A stretch of DNA of 64,000 nucleotides from Candidatus Dormiibacterota bacterium (GCA_963789735.1 CAWBLV010000006.1:967615-1031614); one strand, 5' to 3'; positions 9,670-19,889 are shown, counted from the first letter of the stretch. Program-made: numbers and translations. Notes: generated by a model from the sequence alone, not told the origin.

Positions 9670-11796
9670 TTGTTCGAGGTCCTTCACGTGCAGAACGCCT
9701 CCCCTGATGAACCGCCCGTCACGGCTCGGCACCGCGTCGTGCACCGGGCCCACGGCGACGAGCGCGTCGACGAGTACGCGTGGCTCCGTGATGCGAACGA
9801 TCCCGCGGTCATCGCCCATCTCGAGGCGGAAAACGCATGGACTGAACACACGCTTGCGCACCTCGGCCCGCTCCGCGAGCGCGTCTACGCGGAGATCGTT
9901 GCCCGGGTGCAGCAGAGCGACACGAGCGCGCCCGTCGCTCATGGTCCGTACGTCTATTACACGCGTACTGTTGAAGGCCGCCAGTACGCGATCCACTGCC
10001 GTCGCAGGCAGGCCGGCGGCGACGAAGAGATCCTGCTCGACGAGAATGCTGTCGCTGACGGCCACACATACTTTCACCTCGGCGATGCCGAGGTAAGCCC
10101 CGACCACGCTGTTCTTGCGTACAGCGTCGACTTCAGCGGCGGTGAGCTGCACAGCCTGCGGTTCCGCGACCTCACCACTGGCGCGGACCTCCCTGACGTT
10201 ATTGATGGCGTCTACTACTCGCTCGCATGGTCGAGCGACGCCAGTTACGTTTTCTATACGCGCCCCGACGCGGCAATGCGTCCGTGGCAGGTGTGGCGTC
10301 ACCGCATCGGCGATTCGCCCGACGCCGATGCGCTTGTCTACGAGGAGGCAGATGAACGGTTTTTCGCAGAAGTAGCGCTGACGCGCAGCGCCGGTCTGAT
10401 CGTCATATCGTTGAACAGCCGGATCACCAGCGAAGTGCATTTCCTGAGCGCCGACGATCCTACGGGCGAACTCGCGGTGGTGGAGCCGCGACGGCAGGGA
10501 ATCGAGTACACGGTCGACCACCATTCTGACCGGCTGTTCATCGTGACCAATGATGCGGCGGTCAACTCCCGCCTGATGACAGCGCCATTGCGATCACCCG
10601 GCCGCGCGCACTGGCGTGACCTGGTGCCACATCGCGAAGAGATCAAGCTTGAAAGCGTTGATCTCTTCGCGCGGCATGCCGTCCTGACGGAGCGCGCTGA
10701 TGGAATCCAGAGGATCAGCGTCCTGCGGCTGAGTGATGCGCAGTCCCACGTCATCGAGCAACCAGAGCCTGTGTACACCGCTTCCGTCGGACCAAATCCG
10801 GAGTGGGACACGGACACACTTCGCTTCGCCTACACGTCGCTGGTAACCCCGGACTCCGCACTTGACTACGGCATGGATTCGCGCGAGCGCACGCTCGTCA
10901 AGGAGCAGGTGGTGCTCGGCGGATTCAACCCTTCCGACTATGTCAGTGGGAGGCTCTGGGCCGTCGCCGCCGACGGTGCGCGAGTACCCATCTCGTACGT
11001 TCACCGGCGCGACGTTGCGCTGGATGGCACTGCGCCCGCGCTGCTCTACGGATACGGTTCCTACGAACACTCCGTCGACCCCACCTTCAGCTCGCAAAGG
11101 CTGAGCCTGCTTGATCGCGGCTTCATTTTCGCGATCGCCCACGTTCGTGGCGGCGGCGAACTGGGGAGACGCTGGTATGAGGACGGCAAGCTGCTCAACA
11201 AGCGCAACACCTTCACTGACTTCTGCGCTTGCGCCGACCACCTGGTTGCGCAGCACTTCACGACCCGCGAACGCCTGGCGATCCGCGGCGCCAGCGCCGG
11301 TGGACTGCTCATGGGAGCCGTGATCAACCTCCGCCCCGATCTGAGCGCTGCAGTTGTTGCTCAGGTCCCGTTCGTCGACTGTCTCACCACCATGCTCGAC
11401 CCAAGCTTGCCGCTCACGGTGATCGAGTACGAGGAGTGGGGTAACCCCGAAGACGTTGCCACGTACGAGTACATGCGCGGGTATTCGCCGTACGACAATG
11501 TCGCCCGCGCTGTGCATCCCGCGATCCTCGTGACCGCCGGGCTCAACGACCCGCGTGTTGGATACTGGGAGCCGGCGAAGTGGGTCGCCCGACTACGAGA
11601 GTTCGACGATGGCGATGCCGCCATCCTGCTCAAGACCGACATGGGAGCCGGCCATGGCGGCGCGTCAGGGCGCTACGACGCGTGGCTCGAAGAGGCGTTC
11701 CTGCTGGCTTTCGTGATCGACACCGTTGCGCCGGCAGCCGCTGCCGACCGGGAGCGAGAATGTGACAAGGCGCGAGGCGCGCTCTCAATCCCGTAG
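9670..11796 (+). CDS. ptrB: Oligopeptidase B (S9A)
   Basis: DEYAWLRD, LLYGYGSY, HVRGGGELGRRWY, GASAGG nucleophile, DPRV, GHGG. Start may be GTG 9688. Confidence 0.95.
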   Translation: MFEVLHVQNASPDEPPVTARHRVVHRAHGDERVDEYAWLRDANDPAVIAHLEAENAWTEHTLAHLGPLRERVYAEIVARVQQSDTSAPVAHGPYVYYTRTVEGRQYAIHCRRRQAGGDEEILLDENAVADGHTYFHLGDAEVSPDHAVLAYSVDFSGGELHSLRFRDLTTGADLPDVIDGVYYSLAWSSDASYVFYTRPDAAMRPWQVWRHRIGDSPDADALVYEEADERFFAEVALTRSAGLIVISLNSRITSEVHFLSADDPTGELAVVEPRRQGIEYTVDHHSDRLFIVTNDAAVNSRLMTAPLRSPGRAHWRDLVPHREEIKLESVDLFARHAVLTERADGIQRISVLRLSDAQSHVIEQPEPVYTASVGPNPEWDTDTLRFAYTSLVTPDSALDYGMDSRERTLVKEQVVLGGFNPSDYVSGRLWAVAADGARVPISYVHRRDVALDGTAPALLYGYGSYEHSVDPTFSSQRLSLLDRGFIFAIAHVRGGGELGRRWYEDGKLLNKRNTFTDFCACADHLVAQHFTTRERLAIRGASAGGLLMGAVINLRPDLSAAVVAQVPFVDCLTTMLDPSLPLTVIEYEEWGNPEDVATYEYMRGYSPYDNVARAVHPAILVTAGLNDPRVGYWEPAKWVARLREFDDGDAAILLKTDMGAGHGGASGRYDAWLEEAFLLAFVIDTVAPAAAADRERECDKARGALSIP

Positions 11797-11875
11797 GTTT
11801 GCTATGCCGTAATCCGACAACGTGACAAGGCGCGAGGCGCGCTCTCAATCCCGTCATTGTGCTAGGCCGTAATCC
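11762..11875. repeat. Tandem duplication, 60-bp period, 2 copies
   Basis: GTGACAAGGCGCGAGGCGCGCTCTCAATCCCGT is identical at 11762 and 11822, each followed by 6 variable nt and GCTA(T/G)GCCGTAATCC. Confidence 0.9.
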
Positions 11876-12854
11876 ACGTGAAGAGCCACATCGCGCCGTG
11901 CCGCTAAGCCCTGAAGACGCCGCCTCGCTCGGCGTGTCGCTGACCAACCTCGACGACCCGTTATTCGACGGGGCGGGAGCGACGAAGCGCGATCTCATCG
12001 ACTACCTCGATGGCGTTGCGGACCGGATCATTCCGGTGCTCGAGGACCGGCCGCTCTCCGTGATCCGTGTGCACCGCGGACAGGAGGCGTTCATGCAGAA
12101 GAACCTGCCGACCTACACGCCTGCCTGGGTCCCGCGGGTCACGATGTGGGCGGAGACCTCGAAACGCGATGTCACTTATGCACTCTGCAACGACCGCCGG
12201 ACGCTGCTGTGGTTCGGGAACCAGCGCGCTGTCGAGTTTCACCCGTCACTGATACGCCTCAGCGATCCGGAACACATGACGGATCTCGTCCTCGACATCG
12301 ATCCGCCCAACGCAGATGCCTTTCCGACTGCTGTCCGCGCCGCGCGCGTGGTACGGCAAGTCCTTGTCGATGAGGGCCTCGACGCCGTCATCAAGACGAG
12401 CGGAGCAAAGGGGCTGCACATATTCGTTCCTATTGACAGCAGCGTGTCGATGGAAGCGGCCGCGGCGGCGACGCGTGCGATCGCCGCGCGTGCCGAGCAA
12501 TTGGATCCCGACACGCTCACCACCGCCTTCGTCAAAGATGAGCGTGCAGGCAAAGTCTTTGTCGATTCGACACGCGTTGGTGGTGCGACCGTCGCCGCTG
12601 CGTACAGCCCGCGTGTGCGGCCCGGTGCGCCGGTGTCGTTTCCGCTGGATTGGGATGAGCTGGATGACGTGTCGCCTGCGGATTTCACGGTGCTCACCAC
12701 CCTCGATCGCCTCGGCGACGGCGACCTGTGGACCAGCCGGATGCCGCCGCCGCAGCAGCTGAGCGCAGCGCTGCTCGAAGAGGGCGCATCTATTCCGGTT
12801 GCTCGAGTGCAAGCGATGCATGAAGGCAAGCGCCGCGCACGAAGCGGTCGTTAG
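11859..12854 (+). CDS. Stand-alone LigD-type primase-polymerase domain protein
   Basis: TKRDLIDY, DRPLSVIR, FMQKN, VEFHP, LVLDIDPP, KTSGAKGLHIFVP, KVFVD, AAYSPR. Start may be GTG 11898. Confidence 0.9.
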   Translation: MLGRNPREEPHRAVPLSPEDAASLGVSLTNLDDPLFDGAGATKRDLIDYLDGVADRIIPVLEDRPLSVIRVHRGQEAFMQKNLPTYTPAWVPRVTMWAETSKRDVTYALCNDRRTLLWFGNQRAVEFHPSLIRLSDPEHMTDLVLDIDPPNADAFPTAVRAARVVRQVLVDEGLDAVIKTSGAKGLHIFVPIDSSVSMEAAAAATRAIAARAEQLDPDTLTTAFVKDERAGKVFVDSTRVGGATVAAAYSPRVRPGAPVSFPLDWDELDDVSPADFTVLTTLDRLGDGDLWTSRMPPPQQLSAALLEEGASIPVARVQAMHEGKRRARSGR

Positions 12855-12859
12855 TCGTC

Positions 12860-13432
12860 GTGGGTGGCTTTTGCATCGTCCTCAACGGTGCCAGCAGCTC
12901 GGGCAAGACGAGCATCGCGCTCGCACTACGAGAGCAGTGGCAGGGACCGCTTCAGATCTCGGGCATTGACACGTTTCTCATGTGCCAGGCCGAGTCGTTC
13001 TTTGCGGACGGCAATCCCGCACCGGGATTCGCGTGGATTCCGACGGTCGTCGATGGCGTACCGGCTTTCGATGTCGTACCCGGACCTTTGGGACGCGGAT
13101 TGCAGCAAGCCGCCCAGCGGTTCTGGCGTGCGTGTGCCGACCAGGGACTCGACCAGGTGGTGGATGACGTGTGGCTGACCGCGGACCAGGCACTCTCGTT
13201 CAAGTCCGTCATGGTCGGCGCGGATGTCCTGTGGGTCGGAGTGCGCTGCCCGATCGAGGTGATCGAGCAGCGCGAGCGTGATCGTGGCGACCGTCGCGTC
13301 GGACAGGCGCGCGGGCACGCCCACCTGATCCACCGATGGACCGACTACAACGTCGAAGTCGACACGTCGCGTCTGTCGCCCCCCGAGTGTGCGTCGGCCA
13401 TTCTCGACGCGCTCGTCCGCCGCGAAGCCTAG
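12860..13432 (+). CDS. Chloramphenicol phosphotransferase-like P-loop kinase
   Basis: VLNGASSSGKTSIA, VVDDV, WVGVRCP..EQRERDRGDR, VDTS. Confidence 0.85.
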   Translation: MGGFCIVLNGASSSGKTSIALALREQWQGPLQISGIDTFLMCQAESFFADGNPAPGFAWIPTVVDGVPAFDVVPGPLGRGLQQAAQRFWRACADQGLDQVVDDVWLTADQALSFKSVMVGADVLWVGVRCPIEVIEQRERDRGDRRVGQARGHAHLIHRWTDYNVEVDTSRLSPPECASAILDALVRREA

Positions 13433-13908
13433 TAGCCTCCGACACCCGCGGGCTGCCTGGTCGCGACATTGATGCGGTTGAAGACGTTGGTGGTGGCGAT
13501 CCACAAGACCAATACCGCCAGCTGTCGCTCGTTGTAATGCCTGGCCGCCTCGTCCCAGATCGCGTCCGGCACAGGATCTGCACGGTCGCTGAGGCGCGTG
13601 ACCGACTCTGCAAGGGCCAGGGCCGCGCGCTCGGCGTCGGTGAAGTACGGCGATTCGCGCCAGGCCGCCACTGCAAAGAGCCGCTCGTCGGTTTCGCCGC
13701 CCTGCTTGGCGTGCTTGGAACCGGAGTCGACGCAGAAGCTGCACCCGTTGACCTGGCTGGCTCGGAGGTGAACGAGTCCGAGCGTTGCCTGCGGAACGTC
13801 ACCTTGCATCGTCGCGCCGACCAGCGCTTTGATCGCGTTGGTCGCCTCCGGAATCACCATTCCAGGATTCTTCATCCGTGGCTGCGGAATCGTGGTCGCT
13901 GTGGTCAT
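13429..13908 (-). CDS. Carboxymuconolactone decarboxylase/AhpD family protein
   Basis: LVHLRASQVNGCSFCVD, AAWRESPYFTDAERAALALAE, NVFNRINV; ATG 13908 preceded by AGGAG. Confidence 0.9.
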   Translation of the reverse strand: MTTATTIPQPRMKNPGMVIPEATNAIKALVGATMQGDVPQATLGLVHLRASQVNGCSFCVDSGSKHAKQGGETDERLFAVAAWRESPYFTDAERAALALAESVTRLSDRADPVPDAIWDEAARHYNERQLAVLVLWIATTNVFNRINVATRQPAGVGGY

Positions 13909-13993
13909 CGTGTTCTCCTTCTTGGAGTTGGTCACATCCGGACCGTCTCGGCGGTCTACTCCTATGACCGACCACGACCAAGGAATGTGACCG

Positions 13994-14898
13994 ATGCAGG
14001 ACAACGACTGGCTCGCACAGCGCTTCGAGGAAGATCGAGCCCGCCTCACCGCGATCGCGTCGAGGATGCTCGGCTCGGCCAGCGATGCCGATGACGCCGT
14101 TCAGGAGGCGTGGCTCCGGCTCAGCCGTTCCGACGCCGATTCGATCGAGCACCTCAGCAGCTGGCTGACCACTGTTCTTTCGCGCGTGTGTCTGAACATC
14201 CTGCAGGCTCGGCGATCGCGTCCGGAGGCGCCGCTTGAAGCCAATGGGCTCGATGACCCGCCCGACGATTCACCGGAGTCAGACCCCGAGCAGGAAGCAC
14301 TGCTTGCCGAACTCGATCGGTCTTGCGCTGACGATCATGCTGGACACGCTTTCACCGTCAGAGCGCGTCGCGTTCGTCCTGCACGACATCTTCGGCATCC
14401 CGTTCGAAGAGATCGCTCCGATCGTCGGTCGGAACGACGCGGCAGCGCGGAAACTCGCGAGCCGCGCTCGCGCGCGAGTGCGGATGCAGGACGGTGATCA
14501 GGCAACCAACCAGGTACGGCAAGCGAATCTCGTCGAAGCATTCCTGGCAGCCGCGCGTCTAGGGGGATTTCGATCGACTCCTTGCCGTGCTCGATCCCGA
14601 CGTTGTCCTGCGCGCCGACCGCACAACGGTTGAGTTGGGCGCACAGGCAGAGACCCGCGGAGCAATGGCGGTTGCCAGATTCTGCCGGCGCGCACGCGGT
14701 GCAGTGCCGGCGCTTGTCAACGGCGAAGCTGCCGTTGCATGGGCGCCTGACGGGAAGGTCCGAGTGCTCTTCACGTTCACAACCGTCGGCGCGAAGATCA
14801 CTGCGATCGACCTGATCGCCGACCCGGAGCGCCTCCTCGAGCTGGACCTGATCGCGCCACTGGAAGGGCGAATCGACGCGACGCCGCATAGCGCATAA
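13994..14898 (+). CDS. ECF41/SigJ-like sigma factor (apparent frameshifts near 14310 and 14565)
   Basis: Three consecutive frames give RMLGS..DADDAVQEAWLRL / LSPSERVAFVLHDIF..ARKLASRAR / LDPDVVLRAD..DPERL. Confidence 0.85.
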
Positions 14899-14922
14899 GG
14901 AACCGCGCGGCGAGTCCGGACC

Positions 14923-15474
14923 CTATAAGCCGACGTCCACGGAGCTGATCAGGCTCAATCCCGGAAGGTGCGGAACCAGCGCCGCGAAGTCAGCGTCGTC
15001 AGTCACCAGGTCGAAACCGCGGGCCCAGACCGTTGAAGCGATGACGATGTCCTGATACCAGGCAATGGCTTGATCGCTTCGTGTCCCCGAGCGTTTCTTC
15101 ATAGGCGGGGCGACACGGGCGTGGATTCTGCCGGCAATCAAAAACGAGTTGGCATCCGGGGCAAGAGGCTCCAGGACTTGGATACGGTCCTCCTCCGGAT
15201 GCGAGTCCAAGAGGGCCGCCAGCCACCTCACGCTTTTTATGAGGGCCGCGTTATTTGCAAGGAACGCACCTCTGCTGGCCTCGAAGAGGGCTGGCAACGG
15301 GAGCCCGAAAGGACGCGATCTACGAGCCTCATCGAGGAGAACGTGGTACGAGGAGGAACCGGGCTTGACGCGCCTCAGAACATTGGTGTCGAGCGCTCGG
15401 AGGAGTGGGATGACGTTTACCCGGCCGGCTCGTCGGGTGCACCACCGCGGAGAGACATCACCGCGTCGTCCCAA
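14923..15474 (-). CDS. PIN-domain (VapC-like) nuclease; start uncertain
   Basis: LDTNVL, LFEA, DIVIAST, LVTDDADF acidic PIN motifs. Confidence 0.75.
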   Translation of the reverse strand: MGRRGDVSPRWCTRRAGRVNVIPLLRALDTNVLRRVKPGSSSYHVLLDEARRSRPFGLPLPALFEASRGAFLANNAALIKSVRWLAALLDSHPEEDRIQVLEPLAPDANSFLIAGRIHARVAPPMKKRSGTRSDQAIAWYQDIVIASTVWARGFDLVTDDADFAALVPHLPGLSLISSVDVGL

Positions 15475-15779
15475 CTCCGATCAGTTGCCGGAGCCGGCCC
15501 TTCCAGCGCGTCCATCATCTCGAGAAAAGCAGCCTTACGCTCCCGGACGCGTTCACTGCGTAGCGCGTCATAAGCTGCTCGGCCAGCGCCGAGGTCGGCC
15601 AAGAGCCGAATCGCCGCAGTCCGCGTCAAGGTCGGATCCTGCTCGCAGAGAAGGGTGGAGGCGATCTCGGTCGCTTCGGTCGGTTGAAAGATCACACGGC
15701 CGTTGTCCCGTTGGCGGTGCCCGACGGTCCGGGCGCTTTTCGCGGCCGGGGTCGATTTAGTCTTGCGAGCGACAGGCAT
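15417..15779 (-). CDS. Putative antitoxin of the PIN toxin
   Basis: 120-aa ORF directly upstream of the PIN gene; basic N-terminus, acidic C-terminus; family not recognised. Confidence 0.55.
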   Translation of the reverse strand: MPVARKTKSTPAAKSARTVGHRQRDNGRVIFQPTEATEIASTLLCEQDPTLTRTAAIRLLADLGAGRAAYDALRSERVRERKAAFLEMMDALEGPAPATDRSWDDAVMSLRGGAPDEPAG

Positions 15780-15831
15780 AGGTCGATCTTAGCGCATCAA
15801 TATGATGCGCGTCGCGGCCAGTGTCAGTGAC

Positions 15832-16855
15832 CTACGGCAGCGGATGCGCCGAGAAGAACTGCCACATGGTGTTGTTGGCGTTGATCGCGTTGGACTGCGC
15901 GCCGAGGATGGCCGTGTAGCCGCTACCCAGATGCGGGCCGCCGGGCCACTCGTGGCCTTCACCGATGACGGTATAGAGCGACACCGCGGAATCATCCTTG
16001 CATCCGACATAGCTCGTCACTTGAATATCTGGTGGCGGTTGTACCGCCGCGGGCGCTGACGAGCATCCTTCAAACGCAGCCCAGCGCTGTGCGGCCGTTT
16101 GCACGCTGTACGTCCAGTAGGCCTGCCCGTTGCCGCCATACGGATCCACCGGATCGGCGGTTCCGTGAAATGAAATCACCGGGACCGGACGTGTTGCGGG
16201 ACAAGGATCGGGAAAGCGGAGTCCGCTCACCGGAGCGATAGCCGCGACGACAGTCGACAAGTCACAGCCGAGCTGACTTGTCATGCGCGCTCCGCCCGAG
16301 AAACCGGTCACAAAGATACGGGTCGTGTCGATGCACAGACCGGCCTCAAGTGTCGTGATGGTTTGCTGAAGAAAGTTGACGTCGTTCGGCGCGTTGGCGG
16401 GGACACTGCCGCCGCCAAGCAGCGGTTGCCCAGGGACGTTCCAGTCATACCCGTTCCCATCGGGGATCGCCGCTTGCGGGTAGGCCACGATGAAGCCGTC
16501 TGCAGTCAGACGTGGCATTCATTCCGGTGAAAGCCTCTTGCGCTGCAGCAGTCGACTCGGAACCGTGCAGGTTGAGGATCAGCGGAGTCTTCTCAAGGTC
16601 GGTGTACCCCGCAGGCAGGTGCAGCAAGACGGTGCGTTGCATGCCCCCGGAGTCGATGGTCACCACCGAATCGCCTGGCTTTGCCTGTCCGTTGCACGCC
16701 GCTGACGGAAGGGGACTCGCGCTCGCAGCCGGAGTGTTTGAACCCGACCCACACCCAACGAGAAGCATGCTCAGCGTCGCGATCACGAATGGCGATACGG
16801 CGCGCGACGACCAACGTCTCCCTCCGAGCCGCTTCACGGGAAGTCGCCCGGCCAC
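15832..16855 (-). CDS. Lipoprotein esterase, PHB-depolymerase/LpqC-like (frameshift near 16505)
   Basis: Lipobox LLVGC, PLILNLHG, then GFIVAYP, RIFVTGFSGGARM, FHGTADP, GHEWPG. Confidence 0.85.
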
Positions 16856-16883
16856 CGCAGCAAAGTACCAAAACCCCGGCCCG

Positions 16884-18203
16884 CTACTGCTCCACCGCGA
16901 ACAAGACCCACTCCCCGGGAACGCCTTTCAACGAGTGCGCTCCGAGATCGATGAACCGAATCCCCGATCCGGCCACGAGATCCTTCACCGTGCTGGACAC
17001 GCGTACCTCGCCCGGTCCTGCTCCCGCCGCGACGCGAGCCGCGATATGCACCGCAATGCCCGCGAGGCCGGTCGCCGTTACCTCGCACTCACCGGTGTGC
17101 ACGCCGGCGCGAATCTCAATACCGAGCGGTTGCACGGCTTTTGCAATCGCCAGCGCGCAACGGATCGCACGCGCAGGGCCGTCGAACCTGGCCATGAAGC
17201 CGTCGCCGGCGGTGTCGACCTCCGTGCCACGATGGATCGCGAGCTCACGTCGCACCACCGCGTGGTGTGCGTCCAGCAAGTCTCGCCACGCCTGATCACC
17301 GAGCATCGCCGCGTGCTCCGTGGACCCGACGATGTCGGTGAACAGCACAGTCGCCAGCACGCGGTCGGTGTCCGGGGCTTGATGCGCACCGGTGAGGAAA
17401 TCCTCGATCTCGTTGATGATCGCGTCGCTGTCGCCGAGGAACGAGATGTGGTCGTCGCCGGGGAGCTCGACGAACTTCGCACCCGGGATCCGCTCGGCGA
17501 CTGCGCGGCCCTGGTCGACACCCGAGACGCGGTCGCCGGTGCGCTGGATCACGAGTGTCGGAGCCTGGATGTGCGGCAACGCCTGGCGTACATCGAGAGC
17601 AGCAAGAATTTCGGCTCGCTCGCGCCACGCTCCCGGCGAATTGCCGAGCCGCTCGAAGCGAGCCCACCACTGCTTGAACCGTTCGTCGTGGCTCGGTCCC
17701 TGGAGATCGAGGTTCTGCGCGGTCCCCATCTCGCTGGTGAATCGCTCGTAGAAAAGCCGCTGCTCGTCCGCGGTCCGGCCGTACGGCCAGTCAGCCGAAC
17801 GGATGGTTTTCGCGGCGGGCGCGTAGAGGATGAGCGAGCGTGTGCGCTCCGGGTAGGTCGCGGCGAACAGCAGCATCATCGCGGCTGCGCGCGCGCCGCC
17901 GAAGACGGCGGCCGTTTCCGAGCCGGCCGCATCCATGACCGCGCGAACATCGTCCATCTGCAATTCCACGACCGGCGGTTCGGGGCCGCGATCGGAGAGC
18001 CCGACGCCGCGCATGTCGAAGAGGATGAGCCGTGAGAACGACGCCAGCCGGTTGAGGTACCGGGCCCATGCCGGCCACTCCCACATGATCTCGAGGTTGG
18101 ACCAGATCCCGGACGCGTAGACCAGGTCGATCGGTCCATCGCCGACGACCTGGTACGCGATATGCACGCCGTCGTGGACGGCGTACTTGATGGCCTTGTC
18201 CAT
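16884..18203 (-). CDS. Alpha/beta hydrolase fused to class III adenylate/guanylate cyclase (LipJ-like)
   Basis: IAYQVVGDGPIDLV, FDMRGVGLSDR, then LATVLFTDIVGST, GDGFMARF, RAGVHTGE, LKGVPGEW; start ATG 18203. Confidence 0.92.
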   Translation of the reverse strand: MDKAIKYAVHDGVHIAYQVVGDGPIDLVYASGIWSNLEIMWEWPAWARYLNRLASFSRLILFDMRGVGLSDRGPEPPVVELQMDDVRAVMDAAGSETAAVFGGARAAAMMLLFAATYPERTRSLILYAPAAKTIRSADWPYGRTADEQRLFYERFTSEMGTAQNLDLQGPSHDERFKQWWARFERLGNSPGAWRERAEILAALDVRQALPHIQAPTLVIQRTGDRVSGVDQGRAVAERIPGAKFVELPGDDHISFLGDSDAIINEIEDFLTGAHQAPDTDRVLATVLFTDIVGSTEHAAMLGDQAWRDLLDAHHAVVRRELAIHRGTEVDTAGDGFMARFDGPARAIRCALAIAKAVQPLGIEIRAGVHTGECEVTATGLAGIAVHIAARVAAGAGPGEVRVSSTVKDLVAGSGIRFIDLGAHSLKGVPGEWVLFAVEQ

Positions 18204-18246
18204 CGTCGCAGAGTACCGGCAGCACCAGCGTATGCGAGACATGAAG

Positions 18247-18278
18247 ACAGCCCGGCCGGAGCGACCCGGCCGGGCTGT
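18247..18278 (-). terminator. GC-rich hairpin, probable terminator
   Basis: Perfect 13-bp stem ACAGCCCGGCCGG / CCGGCCGGGCTGT with a 6-nt loop, just after the DUF4386 stop. Confidence 0.55.
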
Positions 18279-18292
18279 GATGTCGCAGGGAG

Positions 18293-19018
18293 CTACGCGG
18301 CGAGCGCAGACATCGACTCCAGGGTGCGAGCGGCCGGCTTGACGGTCCGCACGCCGACCGTCAGGAGGTAGAAGACCATCCAGATCTCGGCAACCGCGCA
18401 CGGGATGACGATGAGCGCGTGGATCTTCTGGTCGAAGCCGGGAACGAGGAAGGCCGCGAGCATGTCCACGAGGTAGCAGCCGCTGGCGGCGATCAGCAGG
18501 ACACCCAGCGCCTTGGGAAACCACGCGGACTTGTACGCGAGGTATCCGAGCGGTGCCAGCCACAGTCCGAAGAAGATCTGCGCGGTGAGGAGGCCGTAGT
18601 GCTGGGCATCGAGGAGGAGCAGGACGAGAGCGTTGGAACCGCCGACGCCGAGCGTGGTGGCGCTCACGGCGCCGGTCGCGACCCGCAAGCCCTCGAACTC
18701 GAACACGGCGCTGATGCACGTGATGGCGGCGGCCAGCGCAACGAAGACGAGCATCGCCCTCGCGGCGCTCTTGTGCACGTCCTTGAGCAACACGTAGAGC
18801 GCGAGCGCCGTGAAGACGAAGAAGGTGCCGTCGAGCAGGTCGGAGACGACGCCGAGGCGGAGCAGGCCGGCGTTTGCGACCACGTTCCCGGCGGTGGCTG
18901 CGGCATTGCCGGCCACGTACATCTTGGGTTCCACGAATCCTTCGGCGAAGCCGCCGAAGATGCCGACGAGCAGATAGAAGAAGCCGGCGATCCTCGCGAG
19001 GCGCTTGAGTGGGGTCAT
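18293..19018 (-). CDS. DUF4386-like membrane protein
   Basis: ARIAGFFYL, GNAAATAGNV, QIFFGLWLAPLGYL..KS..FPK.LG; about 6 TM helices. Confidence 0.8.
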   Translation of the reverse strand: MTPLKRLARIAGFFYLLVGIFGGFAEGFVEPKMYVAGNAAATAGNVVANAGLLRLGVVSDLLDGTFFVFTALALYVLLKDVHKSAARAMLVFVALAAAITCISAVFEFEGLRVATGAVSATTLGVGGSNALVLLLLDAQHYGLLTAQIFFGLWLAPLGYLAYKSAWFPKALGVLLIAASGCYLVDMLAAFLVPGFDQKIHALIVIPCAVAEIWMVFYLLTVGVRTVKPAARTLESMSALAA

Positions 19019-19037
19019 CGTGGTCTCCCTTGGTAAA

Positions 19038-19120
19038 CATACGCTGTAAGCTTAGGTCGTACGCTACACTTACGCCGTAAGTTTGTCAAGGTCTGGGTCT
19101 CGTCGAACTTACCCTGTACG
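19038..19120. promoter_or_regulatory. Three copies of a CTTAC-N3-GTAAG-type TetR operator
   Basis: CATACgctGTAAG (19038), CTTACgccGTAAG (19069), CTTACcctGTACG (19108) between divergent DUF4386 and TetR. Confidence 0.7.
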
Positions 19121-19147
19121 TCGGAATCGGATCAGCGGAGGTCGCGG

Positions 19148-19826
19148 GTGGTCAGCCAGAGGAGCGCGGGGGCCAAGCCCAGAGCGGGGCTCAACCGGGA
19201 GCGGGTACTGCGCGCCGCGCTTGCCCTCGCAGACGAGGGCGGCATCGAGGCGCTCACGATGCGCCGGCTCGGTGAACGGCTCCAGGTGGAGGCGATGTCC
19301 CTCTACAACCACGTGGCCGGCAAGGACGACATCCTCGACGGCATCGTCGACCTGGTGTTCGGCGAGATCGAGCTGCCCTCAAGCGACGCCGACTGGAAGG
19401 CCGCGATGTACCGAGCGAGCGGTCTCGGCCCGTGACGCGCTGACACGCCACCCCTGGGCACCAAGCCTGATGCAGGCACGGACGAGACCGGGCCCCGCGA
19501 CGCTGCGACACCACAACGCGGTGATCGGCTCTCTGCGGAAGGCGGGGTTCACCATCGACATGGCCGCTCACGCGTTCTCCGTGATGGACGGCTACATCTA
19601 TGGATTCGCGCTGCAGCAGGTGAACCTCCCGTCGCACACGCCGGAGGAGAGCGCCCGGCTCGCGGAGAGCATCCTCCGCGAGCTCCCCGCGGAGGAGTAC
19701 CCATACCTCGCCGAGATGATCGTCGAGCACGCCCTCAAACCCGACTACGACTACGCCGTGGAATTCGAGTTCGGACTGGATCTCATCCTCGACGGTCTGG
19801 AGCGGCTCCGAGGGGTTGTGGTCTGA
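19148..19826 (+). CDS. TetR regulator with TetR_C domain (frameshift near 19410)
   Basis: LNRERVLRAALALADEGG..MRRLGERL..AMSLYNHV; next frame gives RHPW...DGYIYGF...EFEFGLDLILDGL. Confidence 0.88.
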
Positions 19827-19889
19827 CGTGTCCGGGCTGAGAGATAGCTCCTGCGGGTTTCCCCGGACTCCACCTCCACGGCGCCGGGG

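Noticed and set aside
11762-11875. Mini CRISPR array
   Set aside because: Only two copies, the intervening segments are themselves similar, and no cas genes are present.
12860-13432. True chloramphenicol resistance gene
   Set aside because: Only family-level CPT-like motifs; the substrate cannot be inferred.
13429-14898. ECF41 sigma with CMD protein as a novel pairing
   Set aside because: This association is already well known for ECF41 sigma factors.
16884-19040. 718-aa ORF as a single protein
   Set aside because: The N-terminal ~280 aa is an off-frame shadow of the DUF4386 gene; the real cyclase starts at 18203.
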